From the NCBI GenBank assembly GCA_000002445.1, contig CP000066.1, positions 1,408,001 to 1,472,000 on the forward strand: a stretch of DNA of 64,000 nt, written 5' to 3'. Positions within the stretch are counted from its first letter, which is position 1; every line of letters starts with the position of its first letter. This DNA is from Trypanosoma brucei (taxonomy: Eukaryota). Made by a program: the position numbers and the translations under genes. The notes below the pieces were generated by a model. That model saw nothing but the letters and a program-made list of their open reading frames with translations. It was not told the origin of the DNA and made no database searches. Of the stretch, positions 22,609 to 33,182 are shown one piece after another.

Positions 22609-25425
22609 ATGATTCTTGGCCCTGGTGGGCGCATTTTCATCAACCATGGTCATCCAGCGTATCCGCATCTCATGGACTTTCTTACTGCCTGCTGTGAGCC
22701 AGTCTGCCGGACTCTGTACGTGAGTGAATATACCATTTCACCTTCGTCCCTCTCGGCTGCCACTGCGGAAGGGACGTATTCCATGGAAATGGTACGGAAC
22801 GTCATTCGTTACTTTCGGCTGGATGAGCAGCAGCAAATTCCAGTGGATGTAGAGCGATATGCGGCATTGGAGCGGAGGGTGCGCGACAGCGTTCAAGATA
22901 CTTCATTGGATTTGCCGATGGAGGTGGGAGAAGCGAAAGTCAGCGCCAATGGCGACGTGAAAGCGGAAGAGGGGTGCGAAGAAGCGACGGATGAATTGAG
23001 CCCGTTGGCGGGGCAGGTGAAAAAGGAAGAGACGAAGGAAGTTGCGGCGGAGCCTCGGCGTCGGTTCCTCTCACTTAGTAAAAGAATTTCGGCAAAATCA
23101 GAGCCTTTAGTGACTCGGGCAGTGGTTAACACCGGCGCTCTCCAACCCCTTCCAGCCGATCTCGAGCAGATGTTGCGAGAAGAGGAGAACTCATCGAGGG
23201 TTCGAATTGTGTTGCAGCCTTGTCTGCGACCTGTTAAACGACGTGCTGTCGGTGGGGACAAACAGCACTCGGATGAACAGCAATGTCAGCGTGCAGAGGA
23301 AACCAAATTAGCATACTTTTTGACGAGTCCCGATCGCAATCACATGGAGCATCTGGTGAGTCGTCTTCAGGACTTTCTCGTTCCCGTACTTTTGCACGGT
23401 ACACGCCGCTGGGTTGTATCGGATGTGGATCGTGGAGTGGAGGAGAGAAGCACCGCTGAAAGTGGTCGGGCAAAGACACTTCGGAGGCTGTTCGAGGCAC
23501 CATCATCGGCATCGGGTCGGTCAGTTGCTTCTAAATCTTTAACGAATGAGGGAGCTAACGGTGACGGCCTTGGAGGTGGCGTGGGAAGGAGATGTACTCG
23601 CATTGTCTACAAGAGTCAGGTGATGGACGGAAAGATGCGTAATGTGCGCGAACGACTTTACAAGGAGCTCAGTGTTCGCGCTGACTTGTTTTATGATTAT
23701 GTTCAGGATCACTCGCTTCATGTATGTGACCTTGAGCTTTCCGAGAATGTCCGACTGCGACCATATCAGGTTGCATCGCTGGAACGCTTTAGAAGTGGTA
23801 ACAAAGCTCACCAGGGTGTCATTGTTTTGCCCTGTGGTGCTGGAAAAACCCTTACTGGCATTGGTGCAGCAGCCACTGTTAAGAAGCGGACCATAGTGAT
23901 GTGCATTAACGTTATGTCAGTTTTGCAGTGGCAGCGCGAGTTTATTCGCTGGACGAACTTATCAGAAGACCAGGTGACGGTGTGTATAGCGGATAAGAAG
24001 CAAATGCCTGGCGATGTTTTTATAACGACGTATAGTATGCTTATTGCGCGGCGTTCTAACGTTCCTGAGATGGAACAGAGTGCGGATGCCAAATTGACCG
24101 CAAAGATACTTGCCAGTGTTGGGGAGCAACCATGGGGTTTACTTCTCTTGGATGAAGTACACACGGCTCTCGCTCACAACTTTCAGGAGGTGCTTAACAA
24201 GGTGAAGTACAAATGCGTAATTGGGTTGAGTGCTACGCTGCTGCGAGAGGACGACAAAATCGGCGACTTGCGCCATCTTGTAGGGCCGAAGCTGTACGAA
24301 GCGAACTGGTTGGATCTTACAAGGGCGGGTTTCCTTGCTCGAGTGGAGTGCGCAGAGATTCAGTGCCCGCTGCCAAAGGCCTTTCTGACGGAGTACTTGG
24401 AGAGCCAGTCGGATGGGGACCCTTTTGCTCGCCGTGGTACAACGCGGATGGCGCACTCAGTGGTTTGTTTAAATCCGTATAAGTTATGGTGCACCCAGGC
24501 GTTGCTAGAGTTCCATCGTAACAGATCGCCACCTGATAAGGTCATTATTTTCTGTGACCAAATAGATGGAATTCAGTACTACGCCCAGCACCTGCACGTA
24601 CCGTTCATGGATGGCAAGACGAGTGACATGGAGCGGGAAAATCTTCTTCAGTACTTTCAGCACTCCGACAACATAAACGCCATCATCCTCTCCCGTGTGG
24701 GTGATGTTGCTCTCGATATCCCATGTGCTTCTGTTGTCATTCAAATTTCAGGTCTGGGAGCTTCGCGGCGTCAGGAGGCACAAAGGCTAGGTCGGATTCT
24801 GAGGCCAAAACCCGCTTCCTTGGATAACGTCTGTTCATACTTCTACACCCTTGTGTCGCAGGACACACACGAAATTTCACAGAGTTATGAGCGGCAGAGC
24901 TGGTTACGTGACCAGGGATTTTCTTATCGTGTACTGCAGTCGGACATGGTCCTTCAGCACTTTTTGCGGACGGGTGGAAAACTTTGTTGTGTTGGGCCGC
25001 CGCGTTGGTGGTACGAGTGTGCGGGCCCGTCGTGTGATAGTGCCGTTGCGGCAAAGGGGACTTACTGGATACCCTTTTCTCAGGAGGCTGCGCTTCGCAT
25101 GCAAAGCCGATTTGTTGCTGGTGTGAGGGGATGCGATTTGACAGCTACCGTACTTCGTGACACGCCGCGGCCGCCGGAGCTGAAAAACATGGGTGTGGAA
25201 GAGAAGTGGACCGTATGCTTCAGTGATTCTTGTGCTCCGGAAACATTCGGTACAGTTCAGTTGGTGGAGGGCAATCCGCTGCTGGTGCGCCGTATCTGTT
25301 GTGGACCGCTTGCTGTCGAGCATGATTGCCTTCACGGGGGAGAGGAGTGTCTGCAGTACGCCGTGCAGCAGATGAAGGTTATGGTGGCGAAGAATTCTAA
25401 AAACCGAATTCCGCTGACTACCTAG
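22609..25425 (+). CDS. XPB/ERCC3-family SF2 DNA helicase paralogue (TFIIH/NER XPB or XPB-R), N-terminally short, with Cys-rich C-terminal extension
   Basis: The track ORF starts at GTG 22606; the ATG is at 22609. 'GRIFINHGHPAYPHLMDFLTACCEPVCRTL' aligns with human XPB '[29 protein letters not shown]'. 'LRPYQ...GVIVLPCGAGKTLTG' is helicase motif I; 'LLLLDEVHT' is the DEVH motif II; 'GLSATLLREDDKIGDLRHLVGPKLYEANWLDL' and 'QISGLGASRRQEAQRLGRILRPK' are motifs III to VI. Kinetoplastids are known to carry two XPB paralogues, and I cannot assign which one this is from the sequence alone. Confidence 0.9.
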   Translation: MILGPGGRIFINHGHPAYPHLMDFLTACCEPVCRTLYVSEYTISPSSLSAATAEGTYSMEMVRNVIRYFRLDEQQQIPVDVERYAALERRVRDSVQDTSLDLPMEVGEAKVSANGDVKAEEGCEEATDELSPLAGQVKKEETKEVAAEPRRRFLSLSKRISAKSEPLVTRAVVNTGALQPLPADLEQMLREEENSSRVRIVLQPCLRPVKRRAVGGDKQHSDEQQCQRAEETKLAYFLTSPDRNHMEHLVSRLQDFLVPVLLHGTRRWVVSDVDRGVEERSTAESGRAKTLRRLFEAPSSASGRSVASKSLTNEGANGDGLGGGVGRRCTRIVYKSQVMDGKMRNVRERLYKELSVRADLFYDYVQDHSLHVCDLELSENVRLRPYQVASLERFRSGNKAHQGVIVLPCGAGKTLTGIGAAATVKKRTIVMCINVMSVLQWQREFIRWTNLSEDQVTVCIADKKQMPGDVFITTYSMLIARRSNVPEMEQSADAKLTAKILASVGEQPWGLLLLDEVHTALAHNFQEVLNKVKYKCVIGLSATLLREDDKIGDLRHLVGPKLYEANWLDLTRAGFLARVECAEIQCPLPKAFLTEYLESQSDGDPFARRGTTRMAHSVVCLNPYKLWCTQALLEFHRNRSPPDKVIIFCDQIDGIQYYAQHLHVPFMDGKTSDMERENLLQYFQHSDNINAIILSRVGDVALDIPCASVVIQISGLGASRRQEAQRLGRILRPKPASLDNVCSYFYTLVSQDTHEISQSYERQSWLRDQGFSYRVLQSDMVLQHFLRTGGKLCCVGPPRWWYECAGPSCDSAVAAKGTYWIPFSQEAALRMQSRFVAGVRGCDLTATVLRDTPRPPELKNMGVEEKWTVCFSDSCAPETFGTVQLVEGNPLLVRRICCGPLAVEHDCLHGGEECLQYAVQQMKVMVAKNSKNRIPLTT

Positions 25426-25834
25426 TCGCAGGTATTAGAATGTTTTGTTTTGGTGCGCTTGTGTGCGCGAAGGAATTCATGACACATGGGTGGAGTGCAT
25501 TGAATTACTTCGTTCCCGGCACAAACGCAGTGTCACCGTTCAACTACTGCAGTCTTTATTCTTTCTCAACAGTTTTCTGCGGCTCCGGTACGTTACGACG
25601 TTACGCTTCGTGGATTGCTGCTACGTGCACCACTCCTTCTCTCCCAAGCTTGTCGTTTTTCTTCTTTTTAGTTTCTTAAAGGGATACCTCTCCTTGTTTT
25701 TACTTATTTTCCCATCTTTTCAATGTCGCTTTTCCCCCTTCTTGTTTCTCTTGTTAAAGTTTCTAACACTTGTTGAGTATTCGTGCCTCTTTGTGCAACG
25801 AGGATCGGAAATCGAGGTCACAATATTTAGCAAC

Positions 25835-27292
25835 ATGTCGATACAAGGGGACCCAAAGCACAAGCAGGCAAGGCGTAGAGTGGCCGCCGAAATCGGCCGC
25901 ATCAGGCGTGAAATGGAAGATATGGCTGATGAGGCTCAAACTGGACATTCCCTCGGCCAACTGCTCCGCCGCCGTGTGGAGCTTCAGCATCGCATCCAGC
26001 AACTTCGCGACGAGGAGGAAAGGCTGCGACGTGAGTCGTTTATAAATATGCTCATGGAGCGGCGTCGGTCGGATAAAGAAAGACGGTCGCGGTCACCTCT
26101 GCATCATTCAGTGAAGCGTGAGACACCGAGTCCAACCATACCGGAGGAGGAGGAAAGCAAGGATGTTGGATCTGCGGCAGAAGTTGTGGAGGCTGTGGTT
26201 GACAAAAGATGCGAGAGCCCCCCAGTAGCTGAGGTTCACATGAAGCCTGCTCGCGTTTCGGTGTGTGCCACAGACACATCCGAGAGTGAAAGTACCCCCG
26301 AAAGGAAAAGCGAGAGCGCGAAGATAGAAAGTATAGTGGTGACCCCTCCACGACCCATAACAAAACCAACTACGGTAGCCGAATCAGAGGTAAGTAAACC
26401 AGAGGAGGCTTCTTTTATTGCAGCGGGGTTGGATAAGGCCCTACTTCAGATGATTCAGTCATCAGAGAGGCGAGTCACTGCGGTGGAGGCGCAAGCAGAG
26501 GCGGCCAGACGCGCAAAGGACGCGAAACTAAGGGAGACTAACCTTCTTCGCGAGCAGTCAAAGCGCCGGTTTGAGCTTGTTGACGATATGTATACAAAAG
26601 CAATAGAGCGTCGAATGCGCGCAATGAGGCGAATCGCCGCCGACCCACCAGCCGATCGTCTCATTGGACAGAACGCGGCGCAGCACGTTCCCCTAAGCAT
26701 GCTCACGAAGGAAACCCGGAAGTTGGGAATGTGTCTTATGCCGGGGGCACAGAAAAGCCAGAATGCCAAAGGAGGGACTGGCGTTAGCGGCCTTTTGGAG
26801 ATGCACCGCAGTAACTTCTTCTTAACTGGGGTTGATGCTAGCAGGAGCGGTGTCTTTATAAAGGGACACCCCGAGAATTCGGTAGAGGCGGAGATAAATG
26901 AGCATCTCCATGGACAATCTGAAGAAACACCGTCAGACGGCAGGGGCGGGAGGTTACTACGACCCTCTGGTGCTGAAGATTTGGAAAGGGAGGCGCATGA
27001 AGAGCTGCTTCGTCAATGGCGGGAGTTGGGTTACACCGCTGTGTACCTCCCCGCATCCCGGCGTCTGGCCTTTCCATTTAGTGAAGGCCGTGAAGGCACC
27101 AGAAGGCGTCGTGATCCCTACGCATGGATGCACTTGGATCCGCTGCCAGTTGTGCATTTAATACAGCGGCGACTCCCAGAGCAGCCATTAACTCGGCCTG
27201 TAGTGGGACTACCGGCGTCAGCACGTGCCGGTTGTCCAACTGTTAGAGGCGCCAGTAAAAATGTGGGGCAATCAAAGGCGCGTGTGAGGTAA
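25835..27292 (+). CDS. Hypothetical charged/coiled-coil protein
   Basis: The track ORF starts at TTG 25445. The first 130 codons translate a polypyrimidine tract as a Phe/Leu/Ser-rich string, and the first in-frame ATG is 25835 (MSIQGDPKHKQARRR...). The sequence is Arg/Glu-rich with heptad-like regions. Confidence 0.55.
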   Translation: MSIQGDPKHKQARRRVAAEIGRIRREMEDMADEAQTGHSLGQLLRRRVELQHRIQQLRDEEERLRRESFINMLMERRRSDKERRSRSPLHHSVKRETPSPTIPEEEESKDVGSAAEVVEAVVDKRCESPPVAEVHMKPARVSVCATDTSESESTPERKSESAKIESIVVTPPRPITKPTTVAESEVSKPEEASFIAAGLDKALLQMIQSSERRVTAVEAQAEAARRAKDAKLRETNLLREQSKRRFELVDDMYTKAIERRMRAMRRIAADPPADRLIGQNAAQHVPLSMLTKETRKLGMCLMPGAQKSQNAKGGTGVSGLLEMHRSNFFLTGVDASRSGVFIKGHPENSVEAEINEHLHGQSEETPSDGRGGRLLRPSGAEDLEREAHEELLRQWRELGYTAVYLPASRRLAFPFSEGREGTRRRRDPYAWMHLDPLPVVHLIQRRLPEQPLTRPVVGLPASARAGCPTVRGASKNVGQSKARVR

Positions 27293-27683
27293 AATTTTGA
27301 GTAGATAGCAGAAGGTTGGTTGTGGGGGATCAACAGTGCATTGTTTGTATATATTTCAGCATTTCTTTTCCCTGTTACTATGTCTGTATCGAAAACCATG
27401 GTTGTATATTGATCTATTTGCGGCGTTTGGAATTGTTCGAAATGTTTTTACCCGTCACATGAACTGTATTAACAGTAATTTCCATTATTCCTCTCAGTTC
27501 ACAACTTTCGTATATATATATATATATATATATATTCTTTTTTGTAGCCCTCTCAGTGTTTTCTAACTGTTGCTATGTCCGATCTCTCTTTCGTCTTGTG
27601 TTGTTGTTGCTGTTTTTCCACTTCGTTTTCACGCTCTGTTTGTCTTCCAAAATTTCCTTGCGTACGGTCCCCTTGAAGGAATC

Positions 27684-29804
27684 ATGTGGAAAACTAAGGG
27701 GCGTGGTGTTTCCACTTCCCCCGAATTGCGTGCACTCGTGCAAGTAATACGGGCTGCAGACAAGAAGGACTTTCCCGAACTCGTCCATCCCGGGCAGCGC
27801 CACCCGCCCATCGCCGCGCTGCAGCAAATGGTGAAAGAAATTACGGGCCGAGTGCTCACCTCGGAGGAACTTCAGTTGTTCAGCGTCATGTATATGAGTG
27901 TTGAGTACCGTCTGTGTGGTGTGGATCCCATGACACTGCCAGAATCGCTCGTGGGTGACGCTTTGAGTCTTACATTCCGTCTCGAATCGGCCTGTATTAA
28001 GGCGGGTATATCGCTGCTGAACGTCTTTCCTTGTATTAGCGCCGCGCACAATTATTTTCTTGAAATTAGAGGGTTCAAATTTTCCGTGAAGCTTGTACCT
28101 GTGTTCTACCGACTCTCTGATGCTATATGCGGTTTACTGCACCGTGCGCTGGATAAGGTAAATGAGTACAAAGCTAGAGGCGATTGGAGGCCGGCTTCGC
28201 CCCTTTCAAGGGCCGCCAAATCCAGTTTAAACCAGTTTTCAGAAGGAGAACTGTGTGATGACATCGTTTTATGGGAGAAGGTGACTGGAAATGTGCCAGA
28301 AGATATTCTTGATGTACTCACAGACATTGACGGGGATGTGGACGAACTACTGGCACATTTAAAATGGTACGTAGAGGCTTGTAGAGAAACTATTTATATT
28401 GACACAGCCAACTTCACAGACGATATCTATGTAAGGAGGCTTTGGAATTCGTATGTTGGAAAAGGGATGCCGGCGTGCTTCGCTGAGAGTTGCTCCCCAG
28501 CACTAAGTTTGTTGCCCAAGTGCCTTCATGAGCCGGTTATGGACGTGTTAAATTATAGGGATTGTGGTGTTATCTCCTTGTATTCACTGAAGCGTCTGTT
28601 GGACATTTGGGGCCCGTTTCTGCTTCTTGGTCGAAACATGAAGGATGATGTCGCTATGGGTGTGTTTGACTTCGGACACTCGTTGGAATATCGGTGCAAA
28701 ACGTTTGCGCGACGGGAGGATGCGCGGGAGGGGGACTACGTGTTGATGCTTAGTAATGTCCCTTCTGAGGTACTTGCGTTAGTGCTCGTCCAGCGACGGG
28801 GTGCTATTGAGCAACAGGACCCGGGTGAGTGTAAAAGGAGGAATAGAACTCTTGCAGTTAAAAGGATTCGTTTCACGCAGAGTTCAGGTGCCTGGGTTCC
28901 GGATGGGCTGACGGTGGAGGAATTCGACAGCATCGGGGCGGCTTGCCGCGCGTTTCCCGAGGTTTTCCAGCGGCCCTGCGGTACACAATATGATGTGGAG
29001 CAGTGCAGCGATGCTCGCGCCTTGGTGGATAGCGGAATAGACAACGACATGGCACATAATGTCTCGAGTTTGCATCGTGCTTGCTTCCGAAATAATGTGC
29101 GGTACGTGAAGACGTTACTTTCACGCGGTGTTGCGGTTATTGTGAATACCAGTATAATAGATCCTGTTGTATCATCACGGTACTGCTGGACACCACTCCT
29201 TTGTGCTGTGAACAACCCCAACAGTGACCCTAGTGAAGTGGTGCAGATGTTGCTGAATGAGGGTGCCGATGCATATATATGTGATAATGCAAAATGCACG
29301 GCATTGTACTATGCCATAGCCAATGGCTACGCTGAGGCTGCCCGTATTCTGTTGAAGCACTTCCCCGATCTGCGTCCGTCTCCCTGGACGGAGTCTCTTC
29401 TCGTCGCTCTCGGTGCACATCACTTTCATGCGCACGAGGGTGATATCCGCCGTCTTGCGGATTTGATTCCTTCAGCAGCGATGATGCGTGTGCTTTTACC
29501 GAGGGAAAATAATCTTCGATTTGTTCAGCTTTGCGTGGACATCATCGCGGGAAAACTTTGCGGTGTGGACCGACTACCGCGGCCGGAGGACGACATCACC
29601 CTGTGGCATCCCGATGGTGATGTCGAGCTGCGCACCGTTGAAGAAGAGGAATATTTAACGAAGATTGTCTTTTACCATGGTGTGCATTGCCGAGAAAACG
29701 TTGATGAGGTTTCCGTCGCTGCTCAGCTCCTTTATCATCGTTGTTATTATCTTTCGTGCAGGGAACACTTTGGTCTGGCTGTGGAGACGCCGCAAAATTC
29801 ATAA
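27684..29804 (+). CDS. Hypothetical protein with C-terminal ankyrin repeats
   Basis: The track ORF starts at TTG 27570; the first ATG is 27684 (MWKTKGRG...). The C-terminal region 'WTPLLCAVNNPNSDPSEVVQMLLNEGADAYICDNAKCTALYYAIANGYAEAARILLKH' plus an upstream 'SLHRACFRNNVRYVKTLLSRG' match the ankyrin repeat consensus. Confidence 0.65.
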   Translation: MWKTKGRGVSTSPELRALVQVIRAADKKDFPELVHPGQRHPPIAALQQMVKEITGRVLTSEELQLFSVMYMSVEYRLCGVDPMTLPESLVGDALSLTFRLESACIKAGISLLNVFPCISAAHNYFLEIRGFKFSVKLVPVFYRLSDAICGLLHRALDKVNEYKARGDWRPASPLSRAAKSSLNQFSEGELCDDIVLWEKVTGNVPEDILDVLTDIDGDVDELLAHLKWYVEACRETIYIDTANFTDDIYVRRLWNSYVGKGMPACFAESCSPALSLLPKCLHEPVMDVLNYRDCGVISLYSLKRLLDIWGPFLLLGRNMKDDVAMGVFDFGHSLEYRCKTFARREDAREGDYVLMLSNVPSEVLALVLVQRRGAIEQQDPGECKRRNRTLAVKRIRFTQSSGAWVPDGLTVEEFDSIGAACRAFPEVFQRPCGTQYDVEQCSDARALVDSGIDNDMAHNVSSLHRACFRNNVRYVKTLLSRGVAVIVNTSIIDPVVSSRYCWTPLLCAVNNPNSDPSEVVQMLLNEGADAYICDNAKCTALYYAIANGYAEAARILLKHFPDLRPSPWTESLLVALGAHHFHAHEGDIRRLADLIPSAAMMRVLLPRENNLRFVQLCVDIIAGKLCGVDRLPRPEDDITLWHPDGDVELRTVEEEEYLTKIVFYHGVHCRENVDEVSVAAQLLYHRCYYLSCREHFGLAVETPQNS

Positions 29805-30180
29805 GGGTCAATCACTCACGTGAGTCTGAGTGCACTGAGCTGCAGAGACATTTCCCCAGAAGTGACCCTGAAACCTGTTGGACACAATTACTGCCGGTGT
29901 CTGAGTGCGGTGTGGGCATACTTGGGTTCTGTATCTGATCCTTGTTGTTTTCTCCCTTCTTATCTTTGTCTTTTTGTTTCCCTAGTTTGCTCTGCATTCG
30001 AGATGAGTACTGTATATTCTTTAATTGATTCCCTCCAAGCCCTCCTCTTTTCTTGACTATATTGCGTTGTTGAATGTAGATGTGCATGGTTGTATTTGGT
30101 TATGATACCCCGTTGCTTGCGGGCGCGTTGCACGAGATTGCATGGAGGGCGCGTGTGAGGCTTCTTTTCCTCCAGAGTTC

Positions 30181-30360
30181 CTTCATTTTCCTCCTGTTTC
30201 AATCCTCATCTGCATTTGTTTTCTTTTCTCTCTTTTTTTTCTTCGCAAACTACAAATACATTTGGTTATGTTCCTCTCTATGTTTTTTTTTAAATCTGTC
30301 ATCAATAATAATAATAATAATTATTATTATTATTATTGCGTTACGTATAGCGCTTACAGA
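30181..30360 (+). promoter_or_regulatory. Polypyrimidine tract, 34-bp AAT/ATT palindrome and AG acceptor upstream of exonuclease paralogue 1
   Basis: A pyrimidine-rich run at 30181-30295 is followed by the (AAT)n(ATT)n palindrome at 30304-30337 and then 'cttacag' at ~30352-30358, immediately before ATG 30364. Confidence 0.4.
30304..30337. repeat. Perfect 34-bp palindrome (AAT)5AA|TT(ATT)5
   Basis: 'aataataataataataattattattattattatt'. The second 17 nt are the exact reverse complement of the first 17 nt. Confidence 0.9.
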
Positions 30361-30363
30361 AAC

Positions 30364-31500
30364 ATGTCGCCCCACAACAAGCGCTCCATGGAACAAAAGA
30401 AGAGGAATAAAGACCGTATCGCCGCCTACCACGGGCAAAGGGTCAACTCGCATGGAGGTCACCGAAATTCGCATTCGCATTCGGGCCACCGGCACCGCGG
30501 CGGGCATACTGTTAGGAGAAACCGCATTTACGACCCGGGAAATCCGTTTGATAGGCAACTCTTCGACTATTTGATTGTCGTGGACGTGGAAGCGACATGC
30601 GAGTATAAAAATGACAATTATCCCCACGAAATTATTGAATTACCCGGTGTATTAGTTGACGTGAGGCGTGGCGTTGTAGACAAGGAACGTTCGTTTCGTT
30701 CATATGTGCGACCGCAACGTAATCCTCTTCTCACCCCTTTCTGTAAAGCACTCACAGGAATAACGCAGGAGGATGTTGACAGCGCACCAACCCTCCAGGA
30801 AGTTGTGAAGTTATTTGAGCAGTGGTACACCGAAACGATTCCACGCGGTGCAAAAGTTGCCTTGGCTACGGACGGGCCTTGGGATTTGAAAAACTTTGTG
30901 CACGAGCACTCCATCTTGCGTGATCATATTAGTTTCCCCACCATCTTTTACGAATATCTGGACATCCGCACGACCTTTGCACACTTCTTCAATCGTGGTA
31001 CGCCTTTAAAACTAGTTCCCATGCTTGAACGGTTGCAGCTAACATTTGAGGGACGTGAGCACTGCGGTTTTGACGATGCGGTGAATATTGCCCGCCTCGC
31101 GGTGTCTATGATGCGTGCGGGATGTGTGTTCAACTACCTCGTGGCAATCCCATTAACTGATGAATTTCACTACGACATGCCAAATACTGCGTTGTACCGC
31201 CGAAAGGAGGGGAGCGGTTATCTTGACCCTGATGTTGTTGATGACATTGCGAAGAAATGCTTTGGAGTAGATTACTTTACATTCGGTGAGAGACATATGG
31301 CAGAGGTGATGGAACACCGGCGCCGCTACCCTCAAAACTTCAACCAACGCAACCAACTGTGGAAACAAACGAAAATGAAGAATCGCGGCCGCAGGTTGTA
31401 CGGCGTTCGCTTCAGAATGGTAGCCGTTGCCGTCTTGGCTCTGCTTGGATTAGTTTTGTTTTTGTTGCTCATTTACCGGAAAGTGATGACGCTGCTCTAA
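30364..31500 (+). CDS. ERI-1/3'hExo-family DEDDh 3'-5' exonuclease, paralogue 1 (C-terminal hydrophobic tail)
   Basis: The track ORF (ATG 30142) begins in low-complexity intergenic sequence; the likely start is ATG 30364 just after a polyY tract, an (AAT)n palindrome and AG. Exo motif I is 'LIVVDVEATCE'; 'YPHEIIELPGVLV' and 'LTGITQEDVDSAPTL' are conserved; motif II is 'ATDGPWDLKNF'; motif III is 'EHCGFDDAVNIARLAVSMMRAGC'. Human ERI1 has 'DFEATCEE..HEIIEFPVV', 'LTGITQDQVD', 'TDGSWDMSKF' and 'HCGLDDSKNIARIAVRMLQDGC'. The C-terminus 'MVAVAVLALLGLVLFLLLIY' is a predicted TM helix. Confidence 0.8.
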   Translation: MSPHNKRSMEQKKRNKDRIAAYHGQRVNSHGGHRNSHSHSGHRHRGGHTVRRNRIYDPGNPFDRQLFDYLIVVDVEATCEYKNDNYPHEIIELPGVLVDVRRGVVDKERSFRSYVRPQRNPLLTPFCKALTGITQEDVDSAPTLQEVVKLFEQWYTETIPRGAKVALATDGPWDLKNFVHEHSILRDHISFPTIFYEYLDIRTTFAHFFNRGTPLKLVPMLERLQLTFEGREHCGFDDAVNIARLAVSMMRAGCVFNYLVAIPLTDEFHYDMPNTALYRRKEGSGYLDPDVVDDIAKKCFGVDYFTFGERHMAEVMEHRRRYPQNFNQRNQLWKQTKMKNRGRRLYGVRFRMVAVAVLALLGLVLFLLLIYRKVMTLL

Positions 31501-33182
31501 CTGCTATTTTTTTCTTTTTCTTTTGTTGTTCTTATACTGCTTTAGATGTGAAGCAAAGTGCTTGGGTGGTTAAGCAACACTGTTTGTGTTTGCGTATGTG
31601 TGGGGAGTTAGCTGAGAGTTTGGTTGCCAACGTTGATGTTTGTTGTGCGCGTTGTCTTCCGCGTGTCCCCTTATCGTGTTGAAGGGGTAGTGATGTAGCC
31701 GATCCTAACGAAGGGGGAGGGAGTGGAGTCATCGAACTGAAATAACTCAATTAGTGAAAAAACAAAAAAAAATTAATAATAATAATACAACAACAACAAC
31801 AACCTCCAATTGTCGTGTAATGGTGGAATAAAAGGGGGAACCACGACTATAAACACATTAAAAGGGATTAGGGTTGATGTGGACGTGAAGGATGGAAATT
31901 TGATACACGCCGCCTCTTTACTCGTCCTCATTTTAACTTCTTTACGTCTGTCCCAACTAATCTCATCGCCATGTGTTGTTGTGTTGTCCGGGTTTAGAGG
32001 CATATGCGCGACCCCCCTTTTTTTGTTATATGCAAATATTTTGAACCTCACGTACAAAGTGCTTGCTTCTTCTTTAGCTATTTTTTGTATATATTTTTTT
32101 AAATCCATTAGGGGAAAAGGCATAAGAAAAGGGATATGAGGGAAGTTGGCTCATCATCAATACAAACACAAGGAGCAAGGCGAAACATTAAAGGGAGACT
32201 TCTTCATGGCGGTTCAGTGGTTTCCGCCACTTTCTTTTTTTCTTTTTTAAGTTGCTGATGTTGTGCTTGCTGGTAGACATAACTTCTTTTTCATTTCCAC
32301 CCACTCTTTACTTTATGGCAGCGCAGTTCAAGCAATCATTGGGTATCAAAGAGGGCAAATCTGGTGTAGGGGTTAAAAGAATTTAACTATGAAGGAGAAT
32401 GTGTTTTCGGAGGGTCAGTAAAAGAAAGAAAAGGAAACTAAAGTTGAAGAGGGAGGTAAACATACGTCACGTAGCATAAAGTTGGTGTAACAATGAAGAT
32501 TACTTGTTTCGTTGTGTTTTTTTTGCTTTTTCACGTACTGGTTCTCCATATGTTTTTCTTCATTATGTCTTGGCTGTGTTATTTATCAGGTGAAATTCCT
32601 TCATTCTCATGGTTACGCACGCATATTTTTCCATGCCGCTTGTTTTCAGGGTTCCCCCTTTGGGGTTTGTTTGTTTGTTTTCTTGTTGTTCACTATTATC
32701 GTCATACATTACATTACTTCATCTTTTCATCCACTTATTCTCTCTTTTCTTTTTATTCTTTTTATTTTTTTTAAAAAAAAACGCTCTTCTTCGGTTTAAG
32801 CCGCCACAACAGCGCGCATTAACTTGGAGGCGTACGGTAACCGCATCCACAGGCCGATTTCATCATCTCTCAGGCGTTTGCATAAGGGGTGTTTGAAAGA
32901 CAAGTGTTGGATACGGGGGAATTCGCTTCGTCAAGGGTGTGCTGTTGAGGGGCAAGTTTTGTTTTTTTTTTTTGCACAAAAAAAACAACAACAACAATAA
33001 AAAGGTATACATTTTCATTTCTGTGGAGGTCAAAGACTTGCATAGTGGACAAAGAAAAGGAACACACGTAGGGAGAGGTAAAGTGAAGTGAAGAGGGAGG
33101 AAGGGAACTGGAGCCCCCCCTAAAAAAAAAAAAAATAATAGGAAGTGTGTGTTGTCAGTTGAAAACATTGCTGACCTACAAA

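Noticed and set aside
30142-30363. Upstream extension of the exonuclease-1 ORF to ATG 30142.
   Set aside because: The translation is low-complexity ('FLFSLFFLRKLQ...INNNNNNYYYYY') and reads through the polypyrimidine tract and the AAT/ATT palindrome. ATG 30364 sits right after an AG acceptor.
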